Source: a candidate division WOR-3 bacterium (lineage in GTDB: Bacteria; Hydrothermota; Hydrothermia; JBDRYB01). Taken from it: 64,000 nucleotides of DNA. How positions within the stretch are numbered: the stretch's first letter is position 1; every line of letters starts with the position of its first letter. Location of the stretch: positions 80,885-144,884 of the forward strand of contig JBDRYB010000003.1 of assembly GCA_039803205.1 (NCBI GenBank), in the 5' to 3' direction. Positions 48,439 to 57,872 of the stretch are shown here, piece after piece. Position numbers and translations under genes: made by a program. A model generated the notes under the pieces. That model did no database searches. It worked only from the letters and a program-made list of their open reading frames with translations, and was not told where the DNA came from.

Positions 48439-49695
48439 TTACCTCTTTTTCTCCTCCACCCTGGCGTATATGGCCACTAATGCGCTAAAGCGAACCGGCT
48501 CCCTCAGGACCGGTTGGCCACCCCTGTAGATCTGAAGTTCAAATTCCCCCACGGAGTTCTCATCCGGTGCCCTCACTTGCCATAGGGCCTTCTGAACCTC
48601 CTCCCTGCCAAGGCTCACATCCCTGAAAGGGCCATCAAGAACGGAAAAACCCTTTGTCCCTGTTCTCAGAACGCACTGGAACTCACCGTGGCCTGAGAGG
48701 GTTATCTCCACGGGAAAGACGGTCCCCGGCAAAACCACGAGCGGATACCTGATTCCCTTGAGCTCAAGTATGGCATCATCCCTTATATCAGTCGGAAGCG
48801 TCATCCTGGCTTTTCTCGCCAGAGGGAGGTCCATATCACGGATGAAAACCTTTGAGAGGTAGACCGTTTCCTCACTGCTTTCCTCAAACTCCGAGAGGAA
48901 CTCCTCTGCCGAGGCATAGCGTTTGTTCGGGTCGGTAGCCATGGCCTTCTCGGCTATTCTCGCAAGCTCATCTGGAATGCCCGGATACTTCTCTTTCAGA
49001 GGGACGAACTTCCCGATGAACTTCATGGAGTAAATGGTTCTTATGTCGCCCTTGAAAGGAGGCTCTCCCGTGAGCATTTCATACATCACAGCGCCCAGCG
49101 AGTATATATCCGCCCTCGCGTCTATCGCTTTTGGGTTCCTTATGTGCTCAGGCGCGAGGTAGACAGGGCTGGGAAGGAGGTGGGTGATCTTCAGCTTCTG
49201 GACGGCTTCCCTGGCCAGCTCCCCCATACCAAAGTCAGCCAGAACAGCCACCCCGTCCTCCTTGAACATGATGTTCTGAGGCTTTATGTCCCTGTGAAGT
49301 ATGCCGTGTGAATGCGCGAACTTGAGAGCCTGTAGTATCTGCGATATGACCCTTACAGTGTCCTCAGGCGTCAGCTTGCCGGTCTCGGCGAGCATCTGTT
49401 TGAGGCTGTATGGGTAATAGTCCATCACATAATATATCCAGCGGCCATCCTTGTCCAGGTCAAGGATCCACGCCACATTAGGATGAGCCTCAAGCCCAGT
49501 CACTGCCTCAACCTCGGAAACGAACCTCCGGAGGAGCTCACGGTCTGCGGCTATTTGAGGGTAGAGAACCTTCACGACGACATTCTTGGAAAGCGCCTTC
49601 TGGAAAGCAAGATAAACCTCCATTATGGCTCCCTTTCCGATGGGGCTCTTTATCTCGTATTTGCCAGAAAGAACATCGCCCGGACTGAGCGGCAA
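48439..49695 (-). CDS. Hanks-type Ser/Thr protein kinase, soluble, with C-terminal Ig-like region
   Basis: HRDIKPQN, DFG, YLAPE and DIYSLG motifs. Confidence 0.92.
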   Translation of the reverse strand: MPLSPGDVLSGKYEIKSPIGKGAIMEVYLAFQKALSKNVVVKVLYPQIAADRELLRRFVSEVEAVTGLEAHPNVAWILDLDKDGRWIYYVMDYYPYSLKQMLAETGKLTPEDTVRVISQILQALKFAHSHGILHRDIKPQNIMFKEDGVAVLADFGMGELAREAVQKLKITHLLPSPVYLAPEHIRNPKAIDARADIYSLGAVMYEMLTGEPPFKGDIRTIYSMKFIGKFVPLKEKYPGIPDELARIAEKAMATDPNKRYASAEEFLSEFEESSEETVYLSKVFIRDMDLPLARKARMTLPTDIRDDAILELKGIRYPLVVLPGTVFPVEITLSGHGEFQCVLRTGTKGFSVLDGPFRDVSLGREEVQKALWQVRAPDENSVGEFELQIYRGGQPVLREPVRFSALVAIYARVEEKKR

Positions 49696-49699
49696 TTCA

Positions 49700-50818
49700 T
49701 CACCTCCAAAGGAATACCCAGAGCAGGAGGAATACCAGACTGAGGAGCAGAACGATTATCAAGATGAGGGCTATTATTCCGGCCCAGGGCTTTCGGCCCT
49801 CGGATGGAACGCTCCACTCTTCCTCGTATTCGTCGTCTGCGACGGGAATGAACTGGGTTATAGTGAGGTCCATGTCCTCCTGCGGCTCATAGGTCTCAGG
49901 TTCTGGCTCAAATGCTGGCTCGGGTTCCTTTTCGGCTGAGAGCTTCTTGGTTATCGGAACCTGAAGGGGCGGCTCAACCTCAACCCAGCCCGGAGGGCTT
50001 ACTATTCCGAGAGACGAGAGAACCCTGAAGAGGTCATACGCGCTCTGATAACGGTCAGAGGGCAGCTTTGAAAGCGCTTTCAGGATTACCTTCTCAAGGC
50101 TACCAGGTATGCTTATGCCCAGCGATGAGGGAAGGGGCGGCGGGTCCTTGATTATCTTGAGCTGGAGGTTAAGTATGCTCTCGTCCTTGAACGGAACCCT
50201 CCCCGTTATCATCTCGTAGAGGACAACACCGACGGAATATATGTCGGATCGCACATCAGCCCTTCCCCTCAACTGCTCCGGGGACATATAATCCGGAGTG
50301 CCTGGGGTCACGGTTGCCTTTTGCTGTCTGACTGCCTCGCCGAGGACCGCTATACCAAAATCAAACAGGTATGCCTTTCCGTCCTGGGTGCAGAGAAGGT
50401 TTGAGGGCTTGACATCCCTGTGAATCACCCCTTTGTTGTGCGCGTATGAGAGAGCGGAAAGCAGTTGATATGTGTAGAGGAGCGCCTCCTGCAGGGACAG
50501 CCTCCCGCGCTCCTTGATTATCTTATCAAGGGTCACCCCAGGGATGAACTGCATAACCAGATAGAGGAGCCCCCCTTCGTTCCCGAAATCAAAAACCTTG
50601 ACTATGTTAGGGTGATCCAGTTGCGCTGATGTCTCAGCCTCCCTGAGGAAAAGTTTGACGAAGGCTGGGTCCTCTGAGAATTGTCTTGGCAATACCTTTA
50701 TGGCAACGGGTTTCTTCAGAAAGGCGTGCTCCCCGCGATAAACAACAGCCATTCCTCCTGATGAGAGCCTTTCCAGAACCCTGTATTTTCCAGCAAATAT
50801 ACGCTCAGTTTCCTTCAT
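49700..50818 (-). CDS. Hanks-type Ser/Thr protein kinase with C-terminal TM anchor
   Basis: GGMAVVY, VAIK, HRDVKPSN, DFG and GTPDYMSPEQ motifs. Terminal hydrophobic helix. Confidence 0.94.
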   Translation of the reverse strand: MKETERIFAGKYRVLERLSSGGMAVVYRGEHAFLKKPVAIKVLPRQFSEDPAFVKLFLREAETSAQLDHPNIVKVFDFGNEGGLLYLVMQFIPGVTLDKIIKERGRLSLQEALLYTYQLLSALSYAHNKGVIHRDVKPSNLLCTQDGKAYLFDFGIAVLGEAVRQQKATVTPGTPDYMSPEQLRGRADVRSDIYSVGVVLYEMITGRVPFKDESILNLQLKIIKDPPPLPSSLGISIPGSLEKVILKALSKLPSDRYQSAYDLFRVLSSLGIVSPPGWVEVEPPLQVPITKKLSAEKEPEPAFEPEPETYEPQEDMDLTITQFIPVADDEYEEEWSVPSEGRKPWAGIIALILIIVLLLSLVFLLLWVFLWR

Positions 50819-51594
50819 TTCACGAAGATCTTGTCAAGGGAATAGACCAGCCTGGTTATGAAGTTTCCGCCCGGATCCTCAACGCTTACTATGACTCCGG
50901 TTATGTTGTCGTCGCCCCCGCGCTCGTTCGCGATCCTGATGAACTCCTCCATAGCGGCCCTAGGAGGGTTCTCAGAGAGGATGAGCTTCATCTCGTCATC
51001 GGTAAAGTGGCTGTATAACCCATCCGAGACCAGAAAGAATATGTCCCCTTTCTTCACCCAACCGGTGTAGAACCCGGGCTTGGGGTTTGGCCTTGACCCG
51101 AGGGCCTTTGTCAGGATGTTTCTGGACTTGTGGGTCCTTGCCTGCTCAGGGGTAAGATACCCTTGCTTTACGAATATCTGTGCCTGGGTATCATCCACTG
51201 TCAACTGCCTGAGATGGCCGCCTCTGAGTAGATATGCCCTCGTGTCCCCTACATGCACTATGTAATATCTGCCGCCCTTGAGAAGGAGCGCTGTAAGCGT
51301 TGTCATCGCGCCCTGAGTCGCTGGCTTTGAGTGTGCCAGCTGATAGACATATAGGGCGGCTGTCCTGTATGCCCTGAGAATGGTCCTTTCAACCGAGGAG
51401 TTTGCCTTGGATTGTTCCTTTATGAACCTTGATATTATCTCAATCGCTCCCTTGCTGGCCGCGTCGCCCGCCTTCCTGCCCCCAAGGCCATCAGCTACTA
51501 TGAAAAGCCCTTGGCTGGTATCAACCAAAAACGAATCCTCGTTCCTGGTCCTTACCTTTCCGATATCCGATGAGCCAAAGGCCTTGCCCCTCAT
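50815..51594 (-). CDS. PP2C/Stp1 family Ser/Thr phosphatase
   Basis: RNED, VADGLGG, VGDTRAY, SDGL and GGDDNIT motifs. Confidence 0.94.
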   Translation of the reverse strand: MRGKAFGSSDIGKVRTRNEDSFLVDTSQGLFIVADGLGGRKAGDAASKGAIEIISRFIKEQSKANSSVERTILRAYRTAALYVYQLAHSKPATQGAMTTLTALLLKGGRYYIVHVGDTRAYLLRGGHLRQLTVDDTQAQIFVKQGYLTPEQARTHKSRNILTKALGSRPNPKPGFYTGWVKKGDIFFLVSDGLYSHFTDDEMKLILSENPPRAAMEEFIRIANERGGDDNITGVIVSVEDPGGNFITRLVYSLDKIFVK

Positions 51595-53168
51595 TTTGCC
51601 CTCTTTCTCGCAAGTGGGTTCGTTGGCTCAATCCTGGCTATCCTGCGCCAGAGCTCTGCGGCCTCGTCCAGGCGCCCGTTCTTTTCCGCCTCAAGCGCGG
51701 CCATCTCCATCTCGGCTATTGTCTTGTAATAAAGAGCCGCGGGGTCATCCGGGTTCTGGGAGAGTATCTTTTTAGCCATCTCAAGCGTGGCCTCGGGATC
51801 AGCATCCCTGTAATGCTTCTTGCGTATGGCGTAAAGCAAGGCTGTCTGGCCAGAGGGGGATTTGTCCTTGACCTCTGAGAGGGCCTTTGCGCAAGAATCC
51901 TTGAGGGAGAGGAGGCTCTCGTCCCACGGATTCGCTGACAAAGCCAGCTCAGCGTATATTACGGCTGAGGCCGGGTCCCCAGCTGAGAGGGACTTTCTCG
52001 CTTCTGCCTCGTATGTTGCTATGAAGAGCTTAGCGGTTGCCTCGTCTCTGAGACGGAGGGCCTGAGGGTTATCAGGGGCCTCAGCGAGTGCCGCGTCAGC
52101 CTCCCTGACCGAGGCCATGTAATCCCCAGCCTTGAGGTTTTCCTCCGCGTTTATGATGTGGGTCCAGAGCCTCTGGTTCAAAGACGCGACTCGGAGCCCC
52201 TCGGCTATCTCCGGGTCGTTCGGGGCCCTCTTTGAGAGAGCCTCAAAGATTGAAACTGACCTTGAGTAAAGCCTCGCCTTATCAGAAGGGGATTGAGCGG
52301 CCTCGGCCTGAACCATGAGCATGTGGGCTTGTTGTTTCCTCGCGCTCAAGGAGTTCTTGGAGAATATGACCCAGGAGGTGATTGCCAACACCCCAAAAAG
52401 GAGCGCGGCGCCAGCGCTCGCCCAGACCCATGGCCTTATCCGTGGCCTGGGCCTTGCCTCTTCCGCGAAGCCCTGAGCCTCATAGAAGAAAAGCAGCTCT
52501 GTCTTTCCCACCCTTATTACATCCCCGTGGATCAGCACCTTCTTCGGCATCACCCTTCCATTTATGAGAACAGGGTTCTTGCCGCCTATGTCCTCAACCA
52601 CGACAGAGCCGTCCTCATTCAAATAGAACTTCAGGTGGTGCCTGGAGACGAACCTGTCCGTCAGCACGAAGTCTGCCGAAAGGTCCCTTCCTAGAACGGC
52701 TGTTCCTAGTATCTCAAAGGTCTTGCCCTGATCCGGCCCCCCTGTCACCTGGAGCCTCGGGACTATCTCGGGCGGCAGCTCAAGGAACTCGGTGGGCGCC
52801 GTGTCCACCTCGTTTTGGAGATCATCCTTTGGCTCAGAGATGACGGGCGGATTTTCCTGGGATGTTTCCTGGGGCGCGGGTATCTCTATCCTGAGAGAGT
52901 ATTTGCCTATCCCTATCTCGTCATCAGGGGTTATAAACTTTGGAAGCAGCACGCGTTCTCTCCCGAGATATACCCTCGCGTTCTCGGCCGGGGCGATTTT
53001 GAACCTTCCTCCGATTTTATGAATAGTAGCCTCAAGGGGTTGGAGGCCCGGCAGGGAGACCTCAATCTCACTACCGTTGCCTATCCGGATGGAGTTGCCG
53101 TTCATCTCCCGTTCAAGGAGGGTTCCATCCGGAAATTTTACGATCAAACGCATCAGGCAGATTGCCAC
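51591..53168 (-). CDS. FHA-domain membrane protein with TPR-like C-terminus
   Basis: Degenerate N-terminal FHA, canonical FHA (LGR..VSRHH..N), TM helix and TPR helices. Confidence 0.85.
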   Translation of the reverse strand: MAICLMRLIVKFPDGTLLEREMNGNSIRIGNGSEIEVSLPGLQPLEATIHKIGGRFKIAPAENARVYLGRERVLLPKFITPDDEIGIGKYSLRIEIPAPQETSQENPPVISEPKDDLQNEVDTAPTEFLELPPEIVPRLQVTGGPDQGKTFEILGTAVLGRDLSADFVLTDRFVSRHHLKFYLNEDGSVVVEDIGGKNPVLINGRVMPKKVLIHGDVIRVGKTELLFFYEAQGFAEEARPRPRIRPWVWASAGAALLFGVLAITSWVIFSKNSLSARKQQAHMLMVQAEAAQSPSDKARLYSRSVSIFEALSKRAPNDPEIAEGLRVASLNQRLWTHIINAEENLKAGDYMASVREADAALAEAPDNPQALRLRDEATAKLFIATYEAEARKSLSAGDPASAVIYAELALSANPWDESLLSLKDSCAKALSEVKDKSPSGQTALLYAIRKKHYRDADPEATLEMAKKILSQNPDDPAALYYKTIAEMEMAALEAEKNGRLDEAAELWRRIARIEPTNPLARKRAK

Positions 53169-53542
53169 TGAGCAAGGGCCTCGGAGAGAAGCCGGCTGTA
53201 TTTCTTTAGGTAAGCGAAAAGGAGTCCCAGAGTCCCCTTTTCCCTTGTAAGGACCACATGCAGATAGAAAGAGGTGCCCTGGATTGGCGCTGTGAAGAAA
53301 TAGAACCTGGGGGTGATCCCGAGCATCTCCGTGTCGGTCTCCGGTTCGCCGAGAGCGAGAAGCGACCTTTCCTGTGCCCTCATCAGCTCAACCGAATACG
53401 CGGATGTTATGGCTATGTCATAGTCAGGGTCTCGTTTGGCCTCAGCAACTGTGAGGCCCTCCTCCCTCTCAACCAGCGCGGAGGCCACGAAACCCGGGAG
53501 TTCCTCTTTCATGGCATCCAGAAGCTCCTTTACCTTTTCCAT
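53153..53542 (-). CDS. Roadblock/LC7-like protein
   Basis: LPGFVASALV..EGL and LGL motifs, 129 aa. Confidence 0.7.
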   Translation of the reverse strand: MEKVKELLDAMKEELPGFVASALVEREEGLTVAEAKRDPDYDIAITSAYSVELMRAQERSLLALGEPETDTEMLGITPRFYFFTAPIQGTSFYLHVVLTREKGTLGLLFAYLKKYSRLLSEALAQWQSA

Positions 53543-53545
53543 GTA

Positions 53546-54640
53546 TTAAACCTCCAAAAGCAGTTTTTCCATCCTTACGGCGGATTTAACTAGCTCAACC
53601 CTGAGAAGCCCTGGGTTGACCTTTGAATCCGCGATCACCCCGACCGTGAACTCGCCTGACCTGAGCTGGCGCGTGACGCAGTTGGCCTTCTGGGTCGTGA
53701 ATAGGGCCTCGGATAGCTCGCCAACGGCGTCCCTGGCGGACGCTATTGCCCTTGAAAGCAGGGCCGCGGTAGAACCGCTCATGCTACCCAAGAGGACAAC
53801 AGGCCTCCCATCGGAATCCCATATTCCAACCCCCTCAACCCCTTCTGTCATCAAGGCTCTCAGCTCTGCCTCAAGGCCGGAGCGGACCTCATCCGGGATC
53901 CCCCTGACCTCCTCCACAAGCCCGACCGCCTCGGAGAAGCTCCAGGAATCTATGTCAAAACCAGCTGTTTCGGTGGCTTCGTCCTTTGCCGCCACAGCTG
54001 ATAGGAGGAGGTTATCGAGGGTTTTGTTTATGGTCCTCGCTTTGGTCTCAGCGCCCCTCCTCAGGCTGAAGCTTCCCCCCTCCATCTCAAGTATGGCGTG
54101 GAATGCCTCCTCGCCGGTGAGCCTTCCCAACTCCGCGTGAACCACATTGCCCTCTGAGAAATAGATGGCGCCGGAACCCACTGGACCCGAAACAGCAACA
54201 GCGGCCGTGGATTTCTCCAATGAGAGTATCTGAAGAACATCTATGAGCTTGAGGTCGCGGACAACCCCCCTGAACCCCTCCTCCCTTGCCCTGGCCACGA
54301 CGCTGAGAAACGCATCAAGATCAAAGGGCTTCTCTATGTATTCCACCGCCCCGCGCTCGGTGGTCTCGCGCATGAGCTCCTCAGAACCCCTCGCGGTCAT
54401 TACCACTGTCTTGATGTTCGGATATTTGTTCTTTGCTTCAACGATGAGGTCAAGCCCGCTCATCCCCGGCATCTTGATGTCCGTGATGAGTATGTCAACT
54501 GGCTGGGTTTGGAGGGTTGATAGGGCGTCCTCGCCAGAAAGCGCTGTGAGGACATCGTATCCAGCCTTTACGAGGGCTCTGGAAAGACCCCAGATTATGT
54601 CCTCTTCGTCATCAACGAGCAAAACCCTAGGCGCGGCCAT
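53546..54640 (-). CDS. Response regulator with DUF4388 and C-terminal roadblock-like domain
   Basis: Receiver motifs LLVDDE, TDIKMPG and KPF. DUF4388 pattern L.DVLQIL..G.IYF.EG.VVHA..GEEAF..GSF. C-terminal NPGLL. Confidence 0.85.
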   Translation of the reverse strand: MAAPRVLLVDDEEDIIWGLSRALVKAGYDVLTALSGEDALSTLQTQPVDILITDIKMPGMSGLDLIVEAKNKYPNIKTVVMTARGSEELMRETTERGAVEYIEKPFDLDAFLSVVARAREEGFRGVVRDLKLIDVLQILSLEKSTAAVAVSGPVGSGAIYFSEGNVVHAELGRLTGEEAFHAILEMEGGSFSLRRGAETKARTINKTLDNLLLSAVAAKDEATETAGFDIDSWSFSEAVGLVEEVRGIPDEVRSGLEAELRALMTEGVEGVGIWDSDGRPVVLLGSMSGSTAALLSRAIASARDAVGELSEALFTTQKANCVTRQLRSGEFTVGVIADSKVNPGLLRVELVKSAVRMEKLLLEV

Positions 54641-55970
54641 GACTGCCTCCTTTTGCTGGTTTCAAATAGACTATGAATTCAGTTCCCTTGCCTGGCTCTG
54701 ATTGGACCTCAACCATGCCGCCGTTCTCCTTGACAAGCTGATAGACAACGAAAAGCCCCAGGCCCGTCCCCCCTTCCTTGGTGGTATAAAACGGATAAAA
54801 GACCTTCTGCTGAGCCTCGGGCGGAATCCCTGGGCCCGTGTCCCTAACCTTGAGGAAGATGTAAGGTTTCCCCAGATCGGGGTTGACGATGGTGCTCTCT
54901 CCGCCCTCAATCTCTATGAGCCCGCCCCCTCGTTCCATGGCCTCTATGGAGTTGAGTATCAGGTTCATCAAGACCTGCTGCATCTGAGCGGGGTCAGCCA
55001 TGACCGAGATAGATGGGTTAACTGAGACGGTTATTCTTATGCTTGAACGCTCAGCTCGTTCCCGGAGAACACCCACTACCTCATTTACAGCCGAGAGCAG
55101 GCTAAATGGTATTGGGTGAGGTGGCCTGGGCTTGGCATAAGCAAGGAGCTTCTTTATCATCCCGTCAATTTTGTCTATCTGCTTCATTATCCTTGCCGCG
55201 TATTCACGCTTTTCTGGTTCTAGCTCCCTGTAAAGGGCCTGCGCCATGACCCTTACGCCCGCAAGGGGATTCTTGACCTCGTGCGCTATGGAAGCGGCTA
55301 TTATGCCGAGGGAGGAGAGCCTGTCCACCATCGTCATCATCTGATGCATCTTCTTTATATCAGTAATGTCCTTGAAGAGCACGGTCCATCCAACCATGCC
55401 AGGTTCATGCTTGAAGGGTTTGGCAGACATGGTGTAAAACCTGTCTTCTATCCGCACCTCTTCCTCGCTTGGAGATGACCTCCTTGCGGCTTCAAGGAGC
55501 TTTGGGATTACGGAAAGGTGTGCCTGGGCATATTTGTTAGCGTAGAGGACGCGCCCACGCCTATCCAGGAGCACAACCCCAGTATCAAGCCCCTCAAGGA
55601 TCTCCTCCGCGAGGTATGATTTGTGCCTTGGGATGAGGCTCGCCCTGAACCCCCTGCCGTATCCGGGCAATTCAACGGGTATAACCCTTAGGTGGCCGCC
55701 TATGACCACGCCCTCCTTTGTGAGCAGGGGAACCTTTACCGAGAGGATTCCCCCTGCCCTGAAAGCGGCCTCAAGCGCGGAGGATATTGCTTGCCGGTTC
55801 TGCTCTGGGAACAGATTGAGGAAGCTCTTTCCTTTGAGTTCAGCAGCTTCCCAGCCACACACATCTGCTATTTTCTTGTTCACGAATAGAACGGTAAAAT
55901 CAGGCCCTATCTCAAAAAGGGCCTCTGATGTTATGTCCAAAAGATCAACCAGCTCCTCCTTCACGCTCAA
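54627..55970 (-). CDS. Cytoplasmic PAS-domain histidine kinase
   Basis: AHEVKNPL, NLILNS, DTGPGI, PFYTTK and GTGLGL motifs. Two PAS-like domains. Confidence 0.93.
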   Translation of the reverse strand: MSVKEELVDLLDITSEALFEIGPDFTVLFVNKKIADVCGWEAAELKGKSFLNLFPEQNRQAISSALEAAFRAGGILSVKVPLLTKEGVVIGGHLRVIPVELPGYGRGFRASLIPRHKSYLAEEILEGLDTGVVLLDRRGRVLYANKYAQAHLSVIPKLLEAARRSSPSEEEVRIEDRFYTMSAKPFKHEPGMVGWTVLFKDITDIKKMHQMMTMVDRLSSLGIIAASIAHEVKNPLAGVRVMAQALYRELEPEKREYAARIMKQIDKIDGMIKKLLAYAKPRPPHPIPFSLLSAVNEVVGVLRERAERSSIRITVSVNPSISVMADPAQMQQVLMNLILNSIEAMERGGGLIEIEGGESTIVNPDLGKPYIFLKVRDTGPGIPPEAQQKVFYPFYTTKEGGTGLGLFVVYQLVKENGGMVEVQSEPGKGTEFIVYLKPAKGGSHGRA

Positions 55971-56566
55971 CTCTGTTTCACCCCCGATTTCTTTATTATG
56001 TCCTTGAGGACATCCTTGGTTATGAGGTCAAGGGTCTGGAACACCCCTATCCCGTTTATTGCCACTGATTCAACATGCGGCGCGTTCCACTTGTTCAGCT
56101 TCGCCTCAAGCTCGGTTACGGGTAGGGCGTCAGATGCATCGCGCTTGTTATACTGCATAACCAAGGGGAGACTCTCAATTGGATTGCCGTAGTCCCTGAG
56201 GGTTTGGACCATCTCAACGAGTATCTGCAGGTTTGATTCCATTCTGCTCGCCGATGAATCAGCGACATATACTATGCCGTCAGCTCCCTTTAGGACCAGG
56301 CGCCTGGATGCCTTGTAGAAGAACTGGCCTGGGACAGTGTAAAGGTGAAAACGGACCCTGAAGCCTCCGGGCAAGTTTATCTCAACGGGAAGGAAGTCAA
56401 AGAAAAGGGTTCGTTCGCCCTTTGTGTCAACAGAGACCAGCTCGCCCCTGTGGTTTGGATTTAATTTATCAAAGATATACTTGAGATTGGTGGTTTTACC
56501 GGATAGCGCTGGGCCGTAATAGACTATCTTGCAGTTTATTTCCTTCTTTAGGCTATCTATCAGCAT
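55967..56566 (-). CDS. mglA: MglA-family small GTPase
   Basis: KIVYYGPALSGKTTN, ERTLFFDF, YTVPGQ and NKRD motifs. Confidence 0.95.
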   Translation of the reverse strand: MLIDSLKKEINCKIVYYGPALSGKTTNLKYIFDKLNPNHRGELVSVDTKGERTLFFDFLPVEINLPGGFRVRFHLYTVPGQFFYKASRRLVLKGADGIVYVADSSASRMESNLQILVEMVQTLRDYGNPIESLPLVMQYNKRDASDALPVTELEAKLNKWNAPHVESVAINGIGVFQTLDLITKDVLKDIIKKSGVKQS

Positions 56567-56570
56567 CGCA

Positions 56571-57029
56571 CTATTTCTCGGTTCCTTCCTCTCCTATAAG
56601 GTCAGTGAAGGAGAAGCCCTCAAGGAGCGATAGATCCGTGCCAAAAATCTCCGAGACATCAACCTGGGTGGAAATGACCTTGGAGATCTCAGTCGCGGCC
56701 TTCCTGACCTCAACCAGAATGAGACCAAGGGGGGCTTCTGACATCACCGAGACGGCAAGAACTCCCTCCTGACCAGCGCCGGATATGACAACCATCTTGT
56801 CCTCGCCCTTGATGTAGATCTCTTTGAGGGTTCCTCCCTTTATCTCCTCCAAGACATTCTCGCCAAGGCCGAGCAAGGCAGCCGCCATAGCGCCGAAGGA
56901 TTCCTCGTTCGTGCCCTCCTCAAGGGAGGAAGCCAGGGATATTCCTTCAACATTTATGACGGCCGCGGCCTTGATGTGTGGGGTTTTCCTTATGAGGTTT
57001 CTGAGGATGGTTTCTATTTGCGATTCCAT
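56571..57029 (-). CDS. MglB-like roadblock/LC7 protein
   Basis: EGISLAS, AMAAALLGLG, EIYIKGE and LGL motifs. Adjacent to mglA. Confidence 0.88.
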   Translation of the reverse strand: MESQIETILRNLIRKTPHIKAAAVINVEGISLASSLEEGTNEESFGAMAAALLGLGENVLEEIKGGTLKEIYIKGEDKMVVISGAGQEGVLAVSVMSEAPLGLILVEVRKAATEISKVISTQVDVSEIFGTDLSLLEGFSFTDLIGEEGTEK

Positions 57030-57060
57030 ACTACTCCTCCATTTCTTCGCTCACCCTTAA

Positions 57061-57089
57061 ATAATAAGGGAAAAAGCTCGGCCGGTCAA
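57061..57089 (-). promoter_or_regulatory. Sigma70-type promoter of the mglB operon
   Basis: Minus strand TTGACC-17 nt-TATTAT upstream of a GGAGGA RBS. Confidence 0.65.
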
Positions 57090-57151
57090 GTCCATCGCCC
57101 GGAAATTATAAACCGCGCGCGGGCGCGAGCTCCACCTCGCGCGTTCAGCAC

Positions 57152-57181
57152 TTGCAATTCACGAATGAAGCGGGTTATAAT
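57152..57181 (+). promoter_or_regulatory. Sigma70-type promoter
   Basis: TTGCAA-18 nt-TATAAT upstream of an AGGAG RBS. Confidence 0.65.
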
Positions 57182-57202
57182 CTTAATCCGTAGGAGACAG
57201 TC

Positions 57203-57850
57203 ATGAAGAAGTATCTCTTTATAGCAGGGATAATGGCCACGATGGCCGGCTGTATAGGGGGCCTGGGCCGTGGTTGCGGAGCTTGCGTTCAGAGGCAGAT
57301 AGAAAAGCAGACCGGAGTCAACCTCGGCACGGGAATGACCCAGGAGGAAATGGAGAATTACAGGCTCACGGACGCGGATGTTGAGAAATACATAAAGGAC
57401 TTCCCTCGCCTGGCAAGGGAGTTTGAGGAGCTGAGCGAGACAGTGGAGAGGACGCCCACAAAACCCCTCAAGGGTTTTACGGCCCTGGCTGGCTCAGAGA
57501 AGATGCTCGCTGAGCTCAGGGCCATGGGTTGGAACCCTCCAGAGAAATTCTTCGCGGTTCACTACGCTGTAATGACTGGAATAGCCTATAACGCATTGAA
57601 GGCAGGGATGGAGGAGGTGCCCGGAGATTTGGGCGAATACAAGCGCCAGATGGAGGAAATGCTCAACAACCCGAATATCCCGCCTGAGCAAAAGCGGCAG
57701 ATAAGGGAGAGCTTGAGGGAAATGGAGCAAGCCCATAAGCGGATGGAGGAGCAGATGAGGGAGCTGGAGAGGGGGGAGATAAAACACAACGCGAGGGTTG
57801 TTGAGAGGCACATGGACGAGCTCCAGAAGATGTTCGACAGCATAGACTAG
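57203..57850 (+). CDS. Hypothetical coiled-coil lipoprotein
   Basis: Lipobox MAGC and Glu/Met-rich helices. Confidence 0.7.
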   Translation: MKKYLFIAGIMATMAGCIGGLGRGCGACVQRQIEKQTGVNLGTGMTQEEMENYRLTDADVEKYIKDFPRLAREFEELSETVERTPTKPLKGFTALAGSEKMLAELRAMGWNPPEKFFAVHYAVMTGIAYNALKAGMEEVPGDLGEYKRQMEEMLNNPNIPPEQKRQIRESLREMEQAHKRMEEQMRELERGEIKHNARVVERHMDELQKMFDSID

Positions 57851-57872
57851 GCGTTCCGGCACTATTTGCTTT

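Noticed and set aside
56569..56575. Additional CACTATT occurrences (also near 43922 on the minus strand)
   Set aside because: They are antisense to or inside host genes and not upstream of a start codon. Treated as chance background.
57113..57145. GC-rich CGCG quasi-palindrome in the divergent promoter region
   Set aside because: Low complexity with no U-tract or recognisable RNA motif.
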